Positions 12,309 through 26,300 of a stretch of 64,000 nt of DNA are shown here, piece by piece (within the stretch, counting starts at the first letter, position 1; every line of letters starts with the position of its first letter). Origin of the DNA: Stegostoma tigrinum (lineage: Eukaryota); NCBI RefSeq assembly GCF_030684315.1, contig NC_081357.1, forward strand, positions 111,299,558-111,363,557, given 5' to 3'. Below the pieces are notes generated by a model. It was given only the letters and a program-made list of their open reading frames with translations, searched no databases and was not told the DNA's origin. A program made the translations under genes and the position numbers.

Positions 12309-14099
12309 CTGAGAAAAGAAATCAATATTCACAATTGAAAAGAGCAACATAAAGATCATAAATCCACACAATACCAAATTCCTGACCTCTGTTAGATTCA
12401 TTGGAATGGGTTTGGGGGTTACAGAAAAACAGTGGTCACTGGTCACCAGATCTTGGAAAGTGAAATGGGTGACATGAGTCATGACAGATCATTATTTAGT
12501 TTTGCATTCAGAAGAGACGACAAATACTGAATTCTGAGCTTGGTAACCTGGAATTTGAATCAAGGAGGATGATGCTCAAGTTATTTTGTTCTGCCTCCTT
12601 CAGTTTCCCTACAATTTCAAGCCATCAGCCACAAAGCTCGCAAAAGCCGCCCACCAAGTGCGGCAAAAGAACAAAAAATCCTTCGGTGTTCCCTGGGAGC
12701 GAACGGGGTTAAACATTAACTTAGTGTGGTTCAGGAAGTCCACTCTAGAGTGAAGATAGTAAGCTGACAAGTTGCCCGATGTACTGGCCTATTATAAGTG
12801 CGTCATAAACTGAACCATCCAAGCAGAAACCTTTTCCTTGCCTCTGCCAATGTCCTTCAGTACAGTGTACTTATGTGAGGTGACCACCATCAAATATGGA
12901 AAACTAGAATACAAAGTGCACCGTCTTCATATCTCACTTGCTGGCAATCTTGCAAAGATATGAACATTCAACAGGTTATAAGCCCATAGCCAGTTCACTA
13001 TATAGGTCTTTGAGAACATGGCCATTATCCACTTATTAAAAGTGGTCAACAATGATGCTTCAGAACAACCGAGCTGATGACAAGGAGACATGTGAGCTAC
13101 CAAATGTGTAAAGCGTTCAGCATTTCTTCCCTGCATGTTTTGTAAATGTCTCACTACTGAATAGGTATGTGCAGAGGACTCAGATTTGGTCACCTTAGGT
13201 TGTCATACTTACCTTGCTGTCACTCCATGCTGTAAAAATGATTATCACCAAGGTGAGTCAGACCATGTTGATTTTCACCATCAAGTAATAGACTGCTATG
13301 GTTCTAAGTTAAGAAATGTGAAGTTAACAACTCCAGAGTCACATTTCAGATAGATGGCAATATGGCAATGTCCTGAACCATGGCATGTTTACTCCTGGTT
13401 TTGATTGACAAACCAAGCTTTTTACCGACTTGGGAGTCTGTCCATGTGCAAGTCTTGTGAACTGGCTCAGTAGTCCCTTCAGCATAAACTTCAATCTCAG
13501 TCACAAAGTTCCTCAAAACTATGGTCTTTCTCACAAGAAATTTCAGCTTGTTTTCTTTAAGGTTTTAGTTCATACTCCAACAGACAGTATTCCACGACCA
13601 CAGTCTTCAACAAAAAAAAAGGAAAGTCTGTAGAACTTCCTTAATTCTGCTTACAGAGGTCTATATTACATAGATCCAGAAATGAAACAACTTCAACAAC
13701 TGTGTATTTGCCTAGTCTTAACTTCTGGATCTAGCCTCAATCTTTTTCAGCCTGCCGCACTGCATCACCAAGATAAATTATAACCATCAGCTGAGCTAGA
13801 TGGGTCTGTTTTTTTAAACATGGTTTTGACCAGCTCCAGATTACCAAGTAGTTTTGGTTGTCAAACTCTACTTCAGTCTTAGTTTCTTCATGAACTGGAA
13901 GTAGGGGCCATGCCAAAAACATACAAGCTTTCAAACCAAAGATTCCATTACACACAGTTAGTGTCTTACAATGACTCAGATAAATTGTTTTTGTTGCAGA
14001 GCACTTTGTTTTTAAAAAACACAAGCTTTTAGAACTGAATTTCATGATTTGACTGCTTTCATTGAAAAAACCTTACATCAGTGATTATTTTAATAACGT

Positions 14100-14190
14100 A
14101 GACAACAAAGTGCGGAGCTGGATGAATGCAGCAGGCCAAGCAGCAACTCAGGAGCACAAAAGCTGATGTTTCAGGCCTTGACCCTTCATT
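14100..14190 (-). mobile_element. Solo PLE pLTR fragment
   Basis: acaaagtgcggagctggatgaa...gtttcaggccttgacccttcat; the hammerhead core lacks its CUG. Confidence 0.8.
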
Positions 14191-14880
14191 TTATTAACAT
14201 ATATTCCTTTACTTTTTTTGGTTAAGTTAGTAGATTTCATTACTAAATTACAGGAGGTGAATACCAGTGAGAAGTGTGGGATAGCGGCATTTAACAGCAG
14301 TTCTGGAGGTTGCCTTGGTAACAGAGGGACGGCACTTCTGGAGTACAAGATTATATTTGGAGTAAATTCTACTTCTGATATCACTAGGAACGGAATATGG
14401 AACTTACTTTATTTAGTAATTCCTGGAATGTGGCTGCTAAAGTGGAAAAAGGGACTATAGTCTGAAGGCAGCATTCTTGTTTTGGAGCATTGCAGGCGGA
14501 AGAGAATGAAAATAATCACTGGGAAAAAAATTTATATTGAATTTCTATCATTGTCGTTACAGATATCACAATAACGCATCAGCACTGGTAGAATCTAACA
14601 ATTAAAGTGATCCATAACAGATAAACCAAAATTACTATAACTATAATCCCAGGAGATCTAAAATTCAATTAAAACTAACAAAAATACTGGGGATGGTGGA
14701 AATATGTAACATTCATTTAAAACTGATTTGAAGAGTGGAGAGTCTATAGAATGCTCAAATAAGCTCAACAGCAAAACAATAAGAATAGCTTTAAAAAAAT
14801 CACTTAAAAATCATTATGATTGCAAATGTTGTTAGTTTTTCAAGTGAGTTTTCAAATGTAAAATAAATTCCTTTACTTAC

Positions 14881-14980
14881 AGGGAATGACCTGGTCCCCA
14901 GTACACACCAATTCCTGCCCGAGCTCTATTCCTCCCATTACCCGAACAGCAGCCATCCGTATATACTGCAACAGCATCTC
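14881..14980 (-). CDS. RNASEH1: RNase H1 coding exon 4 (catalytic domain, first Asp)
   Basis: ttgctcag|GA GAT... gives [32 protein letters not shown](L). Donor GTAAGT. 100 nt. Confidence 0.97.
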
Positions 14981-15231
14981 CTGAGCAAAAAAAAAACTTT
15001 GATTTTGTTTACAATAAAGTGACGTTTGGGAAAAGTAGTAGCTCCTGAAACAAATTCTTACAGCTAAAACATAGCTGAACAAAGAAAAGTTCATATATTC
15101 AACCGAGGAATTTATATTGCGCAAATGCACTCCATTATTACTTCGCTGCTTTAAACTGATGAAAGACTTCGAGACAGTTATATTTCACCCATCTCTATTA
15201 ATCATGGCAAACTGGAGTAATTTGAAGAGGA

Positions 15232-16030
15232 AACGAAAGCAGAAATTGCTGAGAGAAACTCAGCAGGTCTGACAGCATTTATGGGAAGAGGGCAGGGTTA
15301 ATGTTGTGTCTGGTGGCTCTTCATCTAGCAGTGGGAAGGGGAAGATGTAAGCAGATAGGCGGAGATGGACCCCAGAGAGATACGAAAGGGGTAGTAAACG
15401 AGGAGATTATGGAAAGCATGCCAGGTCAGAAGAAAGACTGAAGAAGGGATAAGAGGAGCTAAGAGTAACAGTGAATGGGTGAGCTGTACTGAATGCAACC
15501 CATATAATGTGCAGAGCTAGGGGTACGTAAGGATGGGTGTCTGAACAGGATTGGGAGTAAGGTGGATTTAAAAAAACTTGGAAAGATGGAATCAGGCTCT
15601 GAAGTTATTGAACTACCGGCTGTAGGGTCCCAAAATGGAAAGTGAGATGTTGTTCTTCAACCTGACGCTGAGGCTCACTGGAACACTGCAGGCCTGTTAC
15701 TGAAATGTTGGCCGGGGAACATGGCGATGTGTTGAAGTGGCAAGCAACTGGAAACTTGGGGTCATTTTTAGGGACAGAATGTAGGTGCTCTGAAAAGTGG
15801 TTACCCAGTTTGCATTTTGTTTCCCCAATGTATAGGAGACCGGCCCCTCCCCAACTTCAGTTTCAGCATAAATACCACTTTTGCCTAGCTACTAACAATT
15901 AGGATGAAAAATCACTAGACTTGAAGTATTAACTTTGCTTTCTTCCCACAGATGCTGCCAGACCTGCAGAGTTTCTCCAGCAATTTCTGTTCTTGTTTCA
16001 AATCTCCAGCATCTGCAGTTCTTTGTTTTT
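15232..16030 (-). mobile_element. Older PLE remnant with GIY-YIG fragment and inverted ends
   Basis: Minus strand ~15775-15840 reads LLYIGETKCKLGNHFSEHLHSV. Inverted pLTRs (agaaattgctg...cagcaggtctg / cagacctgc...cagcaatttct). Confidence 0.75.
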
Positions 16031-17238
16031 TTTTAATTTAGAGAGGGGATGTGACCACATAGTAAGTCTTCTAGCGGCAATCCACATGACTGTCATGATA
16101 GAGACAATTTTCAACAGGTTTCAAATTAAGTTTTAAAAAAGGTGCAAGTTTCAACACCTGGGCACAAAGGAAACAACAGCTGTTCCTGCTTAATCCAGAC
16201 CAAGTTGCTCAGATAAAAATGTGGGAAGACGACAAACAAAAAAGGTGCTGCAACACCAAGCGTGGAAGAGGACTTTGGTTGTCTTAACCACCAAACAGAA
16301 TGCAGGTGACAGCAGATTTCTCCTTTGGAGGCTTGTGGAGATTTAAAGACCAGGGTTGCGCTAAAACTGGAAGTGAATTTGATCATGCCCAGAAGATTCA
16401 ATGAAGGGACATTTTTTTCCCCCCCCAAAAGCCTCCTGGAAAATTCACAGGGGGAGTTTTGGATTTTGTATTAAAACTACACACAATCTCACTAAAAATT
16501 CTGACCACATTTGTGTTAAGTAGTTAACAAGGAAAATACCTTTTCTGTACCTTAGTGATTACTTAACTATGAAGTGATATTCGTCAAGGCTGATTTGAGT
16601 CTGATAATGTACAGTAAAAAGTTTTAAAATGTGAAAGCTTATCGGATAATCCTTTGAATCTCTCACTGGGAAAATCTGTATTCCTTGAAATAAGTTACTG
16701 TATGGAAATCATTAACAACTTGGTCTTGAAAGAAACATTAACATAGAACTAATCCACACAACAACTTGAAATTGGGCTGTTGACAAAATATTTCCAAGCA
16801 TATTTAAAGAATGAAAATTAAAGGTATGCCCAAAAGTTTTATTGAAATGACAGATCATTAGAACTGGCGTAAGTGAAGTGAAAACATTTTGGGTAGGAAT
16901 TCCACATCATGAGGCTCAGGTGATTGCAAGCAGTCGACAGTGGGAGGGCAAAGATATGGAATTGAGTTAATTAGAGAGAAAAGGGGCACCTAAGGGCACA
17001 GTAACTCGGTAGCATTAGCAAATTAGAAATTAAATATAGGTGAACAAAAGACAAAGTTGATGGGCAAGTAAGTTTACACTGAACAGAATGATTAACGCAG
17101 CCACTCCTCTTCATAATTTGACCTCCCACACCAAATACTTGATGTTTTAGAGGTGAATTAACCAAAGAAATAAAGAGCAGTTGAAGGGGTGGGGGTGGGT
17201 GGCAGGCTCTATGGCAGTGGCAACAGGGTAGGAATTGC

Positions 17239-17436
17239 TCAAGTTCTGTCTGTGTCTCCTGGCTGGGCATACTCTTGGTAGCAGAACAGTTGACATTTTG
17301 GGTCGGGACCGTTCATCCGATGAAGGGTCCTGACCCAAAACGTCGACTCTCCCGCTCCTCTGATGCTGCCTGATCTGTGTTGCTCCAGCTCCACACTGTA
17401 TTGACTGACTCCAGCATCGGCAGTTCTTGCTATCTC
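17239..17436. mobile_element. Decayed palindromic PLE pLTR element
   Basis: gttgacattttgggtcgggaccgttcatc / gatgaagggtcctgacccaaaacgtcgac, plus pLTR tail. Confidence 0.75.
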
Positions 17437-20171
17437 CTTGGGCACATTCTTCATGTTTTTCTTTGGAACTGTTGTTTCTTTATTTCTCTTTTGTATCCAA
17501 AGTTCACCTTTTCTTCTTTTCTGCAGCTGTGGTGGAGGAAGGCGATCGTGAGGGCCTGCTGTGGCAGCAGCTTAGTGGAACCAAAGTCCATTACTCACGA
17601 CTATGGCTTTGTCATCAGTAGGTCTGGTCCATTCCTCCTAATAAATAGCGGGGCAGTTTCATGATGGTGGCATGGCGGTTCCAGTTCATTCATCATGGGT
17701 ATATCAGCAATGCAGTGGCTTTGGGTGGCAAGTGAAGTGACAACAGCTTAAATGTCAGTGACTCGATGGGTCTGGTCTGTCCCTCCTTGCTATGGCAGCA
17801 ACACAGTAACTTCAGCAGTGGTAACATAATGGGTCCACACTGGGAATCCTTGCTTTGGCAACCTCAGGGACAGCTTTGGCAGCAGCACTCCATAGACATT
17901 TTAGAAAAATGGAAGCCATGGAGGGAACAACAGATGAACTTTGTCTTAACTTTGTTTCAATTATTTTTTCTTGTAATTTCTGTAAATAAAATGGCACCAA
18001 ATGGTACAGAATTATACACACCTCACTGTATTTTCATAAATAAAAGTGACAAGTTGTTATTCTAGTTTATTCTATTTTTGTGGCACACTGGGAGTGTCCC
18101 TTTTTTCTGAGTTAGGAGACTGGAGTTCAAGTCTCATTTGCTTCAGGGGCGTGTAATGACATCTCTGAACAATTTGATGAGAAAATATTTCCATGCAGTT
18201 GAAAATAATGATGACAGAAGTTGTCTCAATGGACATGCTTGTTCAGCTAGTGCAAATAAATTGAAATGTTGGCATTGTGATACAATTTAACTACGCACCA
18301 ATGCAAAATGCAAATGAAAGAAAACAAAACACAATTCTGAGCAACAAGTAAAATGCACTAAGCTCAAAATACACTCAAGATGATGGCAAAGATAGTTACA
18401 TTAGAGACCATTAACATTTAAAAAAGGTAGAAATTCCAAACACCTAGTAATTAACTGACAAACCGAAACCAACACTATTTCGTGTCTTGAGAAAAAGACA
18501 ACAAAAAATTAAACACAGGTTATTCTATTAGCACCATAATGGCATCCTATGAACTCAGTTCTACTTACTTTTATCACTGCACCCCTCTCTTCCAAGGATT
18601 CTCTTATCATATGAAACTTTGAAATGCCATTGGTTTTCTCAGAGACCAACTTGTAAAAAATGTACGTTGCAGTTTATTTTGATTTCCCTTCAGTGTTCCA
18701 AACAATTCATCCAGGTACAAGATTCAATAGGGGCCTTCCCATTGGCTTCTCGAAGGAATGCTGCAATTTATTTACCAGCATTGACTCAATCTCTCAGCTC
18801 AAACTTCAGCTGTCATGTGACTCCTGCACTGTGTGTAAAACATTAGAAAACTCACTTCCAGCTAAACAAATCTTCCAGTCATTTTCCCTCTTGCCACCTT
18901 GTATTGAAGACCTGCTCCTACTCCCAGGTTGCATTTTGAAGAATATCTAGTAATTACACAACTCCACTTTCATGGAGCTACTTGCTAGACAGCAGCCTTT
19001 CCAAACATTAGTCTTGTCAGCTGGCTACGCCCCAACTGAATTCACAAAGATCATCTCAAAACAAAGGAGCTCACTAAGTTCCATTCATCTCCATCCCAAA
19101 GTGATGCAGTCTATTCAGAGGTTGAAATGCCAATTAATTACACTTCAATTCCAAAGCTTTCCTGAATACTGAGGGGCCATGTAAATAAATATTTTACTAG
19201 AATAACTGCGCACATCATGTGTCCATATCTTTTGCGACAACTACCTGCAATGTTATGATTGCCGGCTTAAGACAAAAAAAAGTATGTTATTTTTAAATTG
19301 CAGTTATCATAACAGTGTTAGCTGACCTCCAGATGATCAAAGGGAATTTTAGTACAATAAAAGAAAAACTACATATCTTTAAAATTTAAGAACTACAGTA
19401 TTAGATATAACATTGGGTTTTGCCTTCATCCTTGTGAGGAAGCATCTAACTCGTTCTACGTCTTCACCAGACTAAGATAAGGAACAGAAGCTCTGGATGG
19501 CATTGCATTGCTTCCTCTTCCTGTGATGTTACTCACAAAAAAAGGAAGGATGCAGAATTTTACAAAACTATTTCTACCATTTTCCTTTCTTCTTTTAATG
19601 TATTATTATCCTTCACTGGATCCTAATTATCAGCTTTGCTGCATTGGCTCACAATTCACCAATTTTATTTTTGGTGCTGACTTACTTGCGTTCCATGGGA
19701 AAATTCATAAAATTAGATTTTTTTCAGGCAATAAGGAGCAAAATTATGACGGTAGAACAAACTTAGGTAGTAAAGTCAGAGTCAGCGTCTTTCACAGTTG
19801 TCAGATACATTGGAAAGCAATGGATAAAGTAATACACAGGCAACCCGAGCAGGGAATATTGTAATGAAGTAATAACTAGTAGAACCCTGCTGGGAGTTGG
19901 GAGGCAGAAGATGAAGAGGAGAAATCTCTGCATTAACAAATCAGTGTGCAGTTTTTATGTCCAAAGGGTTACATAAAAATTGAAAATGCATTTGTGTCAT
20001 TCGGTTATTTTGGCATATTTGGATAGCCAAATTCAATAAAACTACTGCTCTTATGAGATCTTGTGTGCAATAAATCATTCCATGGATTCATCTGTACTTT
20101 TTTTTAAACCTGCAAGACTGCTTCTTTGTTCCTAACATCCATTCTAAACTATGAAGTAACACTTCACCTAC

Positions 20172-20321
20172 CCATGTAAGTAAACTTCTGTTCCAAGTCA
20201 ATGAATGATTGCGCACTTTTAAAACGCTTTGGGCATGTCTCATCATCAGATGACAGAGAACGCTTTCCCCCATTACAGTCCTCTAGGTTCTTAATTGTAG
20301 ACTTGATTTGATCACTACATT
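20172..20321 (-). CDS. RNASEH1: RNase H1 coding exon 3 (connection domain)
   Basis: tcttctttacctttag|AA TGT... gives ECSDQIKSTIKNLEDCNGGKRSLSSDDETCPKRFKSAQSFIDLEQKFTYMG, ending in the conserved F-x-Y-M-G. Donor G|GTAGGT. 150 nt, phase 1-1. Contains a basic NLS-like KR...PKRFK. Confidence 0.85.
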
Positions 20322-21906
20322 CTAAAGGTAAAGAAGATTTAAACAGTTAGATCTATTGCAATTTAATTAAAATATCCAGCTTTAAAGTAATTCAACTGCA
20401 ATATGATTTGTTTGCAAAATAGGGATAAGTTCTAAGAAAGTAACAAAAAAAAATAAAGTACTATTTGAGATCATGCAAGTTTCAGGAAATCAATCACATC
20501 TGATGAAAGCACATAAATATTTAGTAATTTCAGAGAAGAGCAAGCAGGTTCCAGCACAGTTGTCCATGTCCTCTACTCTATTATCTTCAATTAATGAAGT
20601 GAATCAAACTGAACTGCCAAATCATGTGGACCAAATCCAGAGACACCCCCCACCCCCCGCCAAGGTCAAGTTAGTAGAACTCACCCATTTCATATAGGCA
20701 TGGCACCTGACCTTCAGAGATAGGAGATCAAAGGGGAAAAATAAATAAATTCAATAAAGTTTGCACTTCTGGTTGCTATTCACTGCTATCCTCCTTGTTT
20801 TCAGAGACATTAAAACGTGGCTATGATGTCTCCATAACTAATCGTTCACTGCCAAAAGCTGTTTAATTACTTCATGAGACATGGGCATCACTAGCAAGGC
20901 TGGAATTTATTGTCCATTCTTAATTACGTTAAAGAGGATGGTGGTGAGTCAACTTTTGGGACCACTGCAGTTTTTAAGAACAATGGTCACTTTTGTGAAG
21001 TACTGGTGAATGCTGATAGAAATGTATCTCAAAAGGAGTCAATAACATCAAAAAGCAAAAGTAGAATGAGAATATTGTTTTTTCAAAATTTAGTTTTAAT
21101 GCAAAGAGAATTGTTTCATAAATCTTAATTTGTTTCAATCCAGGTTAATTTGGTGTCCATAAGAATCATTGTATAATTTTTTTGCAATTCATAAATTTGT
21201 AATGAAAATAGTCAAATTACCTAGACTAGAGTCGGCAAAGGTAGTTAAGGGCAGGCACTTACATCATGTCTGTTGTTTCTTCCCCTGCCTTTCTCTATGC
21301 TTATGAAAAAGATTGCCCCAAGTTGTCTGTCGCTTCAAGTACTGAAACTGTTGAACAATGATCCCCACATTGTCTAAGCTATTTATACTGATCCATTAAT
21401 TTTAGTCAGTTGTGATTTGTAATAAGCACCTCTGAAAACAAAATAAAAAAGTAATGTTTCGGATATTCTATGCAACAGATAACATTTAACCACCTTTCCA
21501 AAATTTTCCAAATCACTGATTCCTATATTTCAAAAATTGTTGAGCTAGGAAAAATTCAGTAAGTATCAAAATATTCACTTAATCATAAATATCTCAGCAG
21601 AATGTGTATCCTAGACATGTGCAATAGTCTTGAATTTCTTTTCTGATTTGTCTTCCTACAATTTTCCAAAGCTCCCTCTGTTCAGAAAGTGTTTTTTGCC
21701 ATGGGAAATTATTTAATGGCAGGACAGAGTGTCAGATGTAAAAAAAAGTTTACAATGCCTTTTATGTCATCAGCAAAGAGTACAGGTGAAAGCATAAAAT
21801 TGCAATGATAGCTTGATTAAGTGACTGGGCAGACATTGTGGCAGATGGGTTTTAATGTAAGGTCACGATAGCCTCTAAAGCGTTCAGAAAACTGAAAAAC
21901 AAAAGT

Positions 21907-22162
21907 AAAATCCAAAAGAACTGCAGATGCTGTAAATCAAAAACAAAAGCAAAGCTGGTGGAAAAGTTCAGCAGTTCTGGCAGCATCTGTGAAATAAAAA
22001 AAAAATCAGAGTTAACGTTTCAGGTCCGGTGAACCGAACAACAGACATAATTCAAGTTCTGAGAAAGGGTCATCGGACCTGAAACGGTAACTCTGATTTT
22101 TTTTTCTCCTTCACAAATGCTGCCAGACCTGCTGAACTTTTCCAGCGACTTTGTTTTAGTTC
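21907..22162. mobile_element. Palindromic PLE pLTR element (older subfamily) nested in decayed CR1
   Basis: Inverted arms; 15-bp TSD CTGAAAAACAAAAGT at 21892-21906 and 22163-22177. Confidence 0.8.
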
Positions 22163-23397
22163 CTGAAAAACAAAAGTGGTTATAGGAACCGTGTATCTAC
22201 GTATATATTTAAAATCATGGACATGTATAGAAACTAATTAAGACTGCAAGGTTGAGTTTCCAAAATATCTGTGGTTTAAAAGGTTAATTTACAAAAGGAA
22301 AAAAAAAATTACAAATTAAGTTAGCACACTCTAGAATTTAGACAGTTATGGGCTTTTCTTTTAAAAAGGTTTAAGATATTAAAAATGAACAGATGGAACT
22401 ATTCGTGCAGATTGGGAGTCAAGGACTGAAGGGATCTAACCTCAAAATTAGAACTAGAACTCTCTAAAAATGAAGCCTAGAGACACATCTTTACACAATT
22501 AGGAAGTAAAAAGTATTAAATGCTGTTTGCAGAATTTAAACTGTGTCAATCGTAAATCTGATATTAATAAATTTTTGAAAACGCTTTAAGGGATTTTGGG
22601 CAAAGGAATGTATATGGAGTTATATTCCAGATTGGTTCCAATATAATTGAATGTCAGAACAAACCTGAGTGGCTACGTGGCCTATTTTCTTCCCACTGTA
22701 CATTTTATTGTTTCCCCAACAAGGAAATACCCAAATTACTTATTTTGGTGACACAAGATTATTTACACATTTGTAGCGATTTGTTGAAAGGATTGGAGAC
22801 TATGTGGATGTTGTCCACGGGACTGAATTGTTTTCTGTTCTCTACCCCAGCTAAAATTGTGACTTTGGGACAGTTCCATGGATACTAGACACCAGATAAA
22901 GGTGGAATTGAGGAAATTTTCTTGCCAATGAATAATTTGTGGATATAAATGACCCTCTAATTATTGAACTTTAGCAATTAGGCTAACTTCTCTCACTCTA
23001 CTGTAAATAAAGGCAGCTAAAGGAAGTTTAGTAAGTTTTGAATTAGTCTACACAACTTTCAAAATGTATCCATTGTCATGAATTCTAAATTTTGTAGCTA
23101 AAAGGAGCATTTCAAAACATAAGCATCTTACAAAGTGAGTGTGTTCTGGAAAAGTGTGTAATTGAAATTCATAGAAAACATTTTGGCTCTGAAAGAAGGT
23201 ATATAATCTCTGACTGCCATGGGAATAAGGATGAAGGAAAGGTAAAAGCAAACTGGTAAGTATTTGAGTGTTGCATTATAGCCCATCTGTACAGTAAAGA
23301 ATAAAAACCAGCTACTGTGATGTAACAATAAAAAAACCTGGGGGATACTGAAGACTTAGGCTCTATTAAAAAAGGAAAAAAAAACTCATTTCTTTAA

Positions 23398-23605
23398 GAA
23401 ACAGAATGGAAATTGGAGAAATTCAGCAGGTCTGGCAGCATTTGCGACAAGTAAAGAGTTAACATCTGAAATCCACTGATTCTTCTTCAGTGCTGGACTT
23501 GAAACGCCAACTGATTACTCTCCACAGATGCTGCCATACTTGCTGAGTTGCTCCAGCAATTTCTGTTTTTGTTTCAAATTTCCAGCAGCCACATTTCATT
23601 TTTTA
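23398..23605. mobile_element. Decayed palindromic PLE pLTR element (older subfamily)
   Basis: aaacagaa...cagcaggtctggcagcat / gatgctgccatacttgctg...ttctgttt inverted arms. Confidence 0.7.
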
Positions 23606-23738
23606 TTGTTAGAGTTCTTGAGGATACAAGGAAAGGAGGACAGGTGAGTTGGAGACGAGATTAGAGCAGAGTTTGGAAGGAAAATGTTCATTGCTCCTGC
23701 CTAGGCTGTAATAGAGTAGACTATTCATGGTTTGACTA

Positions 23739-23830
23739 CTGATGAAGGGTCTAGGCCCGAAACGTCAGCTTTTGTGCTCCTGAGATGCTGCTTGGCCTGC
23801 TGTGTTCATCCAGCCTCACATTTTATTATC
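23739..23830 (+). mobile_element. Solo ~90-nt PLE unit starting at a hammerhead core
   Basis: CTGATGAagggtctaggcccGAAACGTCagc..., flanked by the direct repeat TCATGGTTTGACTACT (23725-23740, 23829-23844). Confidence 0.88.
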
Positions 23831-24523
23831 ATGGTTTGACTACTCATGGTTTATCAAGAAAAGGAATGGGAATCCGTGGGTACCTGTTACTGAAAATGTT
23901 TCAGGAAATAAATCTAGCTGTCCAATTTCTTCCATAGGATCATTTGGAAATTTCTAAAAATGGGGTGAATTTCAAAGCTTCAACTGGATTGTTACAATTT
24001 TGTCATGAATGTGACACTAATCAGCTTTGAAAAATTTAAAGCACTTGTTAGTCGTGTGTATTTACAAAAAAAGAGACAGAATTCTAACTTACACCTGCAT
24101 TCAAAAATGTTCATGCCAAAAATTTTACTTAGCATGCTCAATGCAGAATGTATTCTTTTGAAAATTTACAATTGTTAATTTGTGTGCCACGTCACTTGTT
24201 TCAACTGTCACTGTGAAGTAGAATCATGTCCAAGACATTCAGCAGAGTTTCGAAAACATCCTTTACAAAGTCAAAACACATTAATCCGCTAGGCAACTGT
24301 CCCTGAATCGAAAACAATGTTGAAAACGTGTTAAACTTCAACTTTGCTAGATATGTTTTACTGGTCTGCAGTTTACATTTAAGTATTTCATTTACTCATT
24401 CCATCTCTTGATAAGATACATACACAGCTAAATGGTAAATTATCCTTCTCTTACATACTCAATTACACAATTAATTACTTGTAATTATTCAATAACTTAC
24501 ACATTTAAAAGTACAGACTTTAC

Positions 24524-24645
24524 CTGTCGAGGTAGCTTGTGAACTTGATTCCACATTTCTTACAAAAGACCATGCATCATCTTCAGTACCAAACTTCTTG
24601 AAACTGGCATTGGGAAACTTGTCTACTTGCTCTTTACATTCATCC
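24524..24645 (-). CDS. RNASEH1: RNase H1 coding exon 2 (hybrid-binding domain)
   Basis: cttag|G GAT GAA TGT... gives [40 protein letters not shown]. Donor G|GTAAAG. 122 nt; phase joins exons 1 and 3. Confidence 0.93.
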
Positions 24646-26300
24646 CTAAGAGGAAATGTGCATAATTTGAGGGGAACATAATGTTCCAATTATTTATATA
24701 TGTTTTCATGAAATTAATTGATTTTTAATTGCAAGAAAAATACACTAGGCTGGTTAATGAAGTGGATTAGAAAGCAATCCGCACACCACTGGGATTTTGA
24801 TTAATATTAATCTGATAATTGATGTTATGATGCCCTTTTTGGTGAAAGTGACTGCAAAAATTACAATCTACAAATTATTAATCTCACTTAAATCTACAAT
24901 GCCCTGAAAGAAGTTACTTCTGCACATCCTACCTGTCAACTTTATAGTCTGTAATTACACATTTTGCCTGGGTAGCTGCTGCACCATAACCATTTGCATG
25001 ACGATGTAATTGTCTCAGCAAGTTGAAATTGTTACAAACAGGAAGTTTAAAAGATCATTGTGTTTTTGGACCAACTTTATGGTTAAATGAAGTGAGCAAG
25101 TGACTTGTTTTGAAGCTTGCCAGACAAACGTACTGAGTGACAATTGTCAAAAGGTTAAAAGCAGGCCTGCAGAGGTGTGATGGAAAGAGACATGGTTTTC
25201 AAACTTGGAGACAACGGTAGCAATATTTGCATTTATTAAAGTCGTTAAACTGCTAGCATCAAATGTCCGGGTCAGTGTTGAGATGGTTGGATTGTAAGTG
25301 GTTAGATTTTAAACTGTCCATTTACCTCTTGAGGTCTAATGAACAGTTCATCAGCATGCTACCTGGACACTAGGCTGATGTGATTCATGTGATTATGAAG
25401 ACCAAAGCTGGGAGGAAGGAACATCTTTTGGAAACCAGTGACGGATTGGTTCATCGACTTCCCAAACTACTGCATTTCCCAGCTAAGCCTGCCAAGATCC
25501 AGGGGAGAAAGAGAGCAGCTGGACATAAAATACCTCTATGGTTCGCTGCACAGCAATGCACGGACCAAATGCACTCCACTACTTCAAGGAGGCAGTTACC
25601 ACTTCACCGGTATCTGGCAGCCACTCAAGTACATAAGTGTCATACTGAGCCTAATGATTTTTTGCACGTGATGTCTATAAGCAAGCAAGTAGCTTGTGAC
25701 TTTGGCAGGATACAATGAGTTATTCATCCAAACTAGTGCAGAGAATTCAAGTTCAAATCCCACTATCACAACAGTATCCACTAAATTGCCAGAGTTTTGT
25801 GAACAATCCAGGCGATTCACCAATTTCTTAGTATTCAAGCTGCCACTATTTTCTGATTTCTTACCTACCTAGTGTTGTGGCCATACAATTTACTCACTTA
25901 TATTCAGGGCAACTAGGAGTGAGTAGACTTCTAACCCAGGAACATTGAGTGGAGAATCACAAAAGACTACAGAGTCTTTTGAATGGACAAAAAATATTGG
26001 CAGGATTGGGGAATTTTGGGTACAAGGATTTAGGTATAGACTAGAATTTTTCTTGGTTGATCAATAGGATTTATATTAAACACAAACTTCAGAGGCATAC
26101 AGATACTCGATAGGAAATATCCACTTTCCTTAGGGGAGAGATGACAGCCACAGGGCATGGGTTTAAAAGAATTAGAAGGATCAACAGACAGGAGTTAAAT
26201 CACTTTGGAAATATTGAGGTTGATAGTCTGAAGCTAACATCGTATTGAGAGAAACTGGGATACACTCAAAGATAAAAAAGTGTAATGAAGTCTGAGATCA

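Noticed and set aside
16091-16717. Possible solo LTR (TGT...ACA ends); similar hints near 8340-9410 and 14200-14620
   Set aside because: No TSD, PBS or PPT that I could verify.
24495-24501. Alternative GTAAGT donor 23 nt downstream of the RNASEH1 exon 2 end
   Set aside because: It would change phase and break the frame with exon 3; the 24524 donor keeps the ORF.
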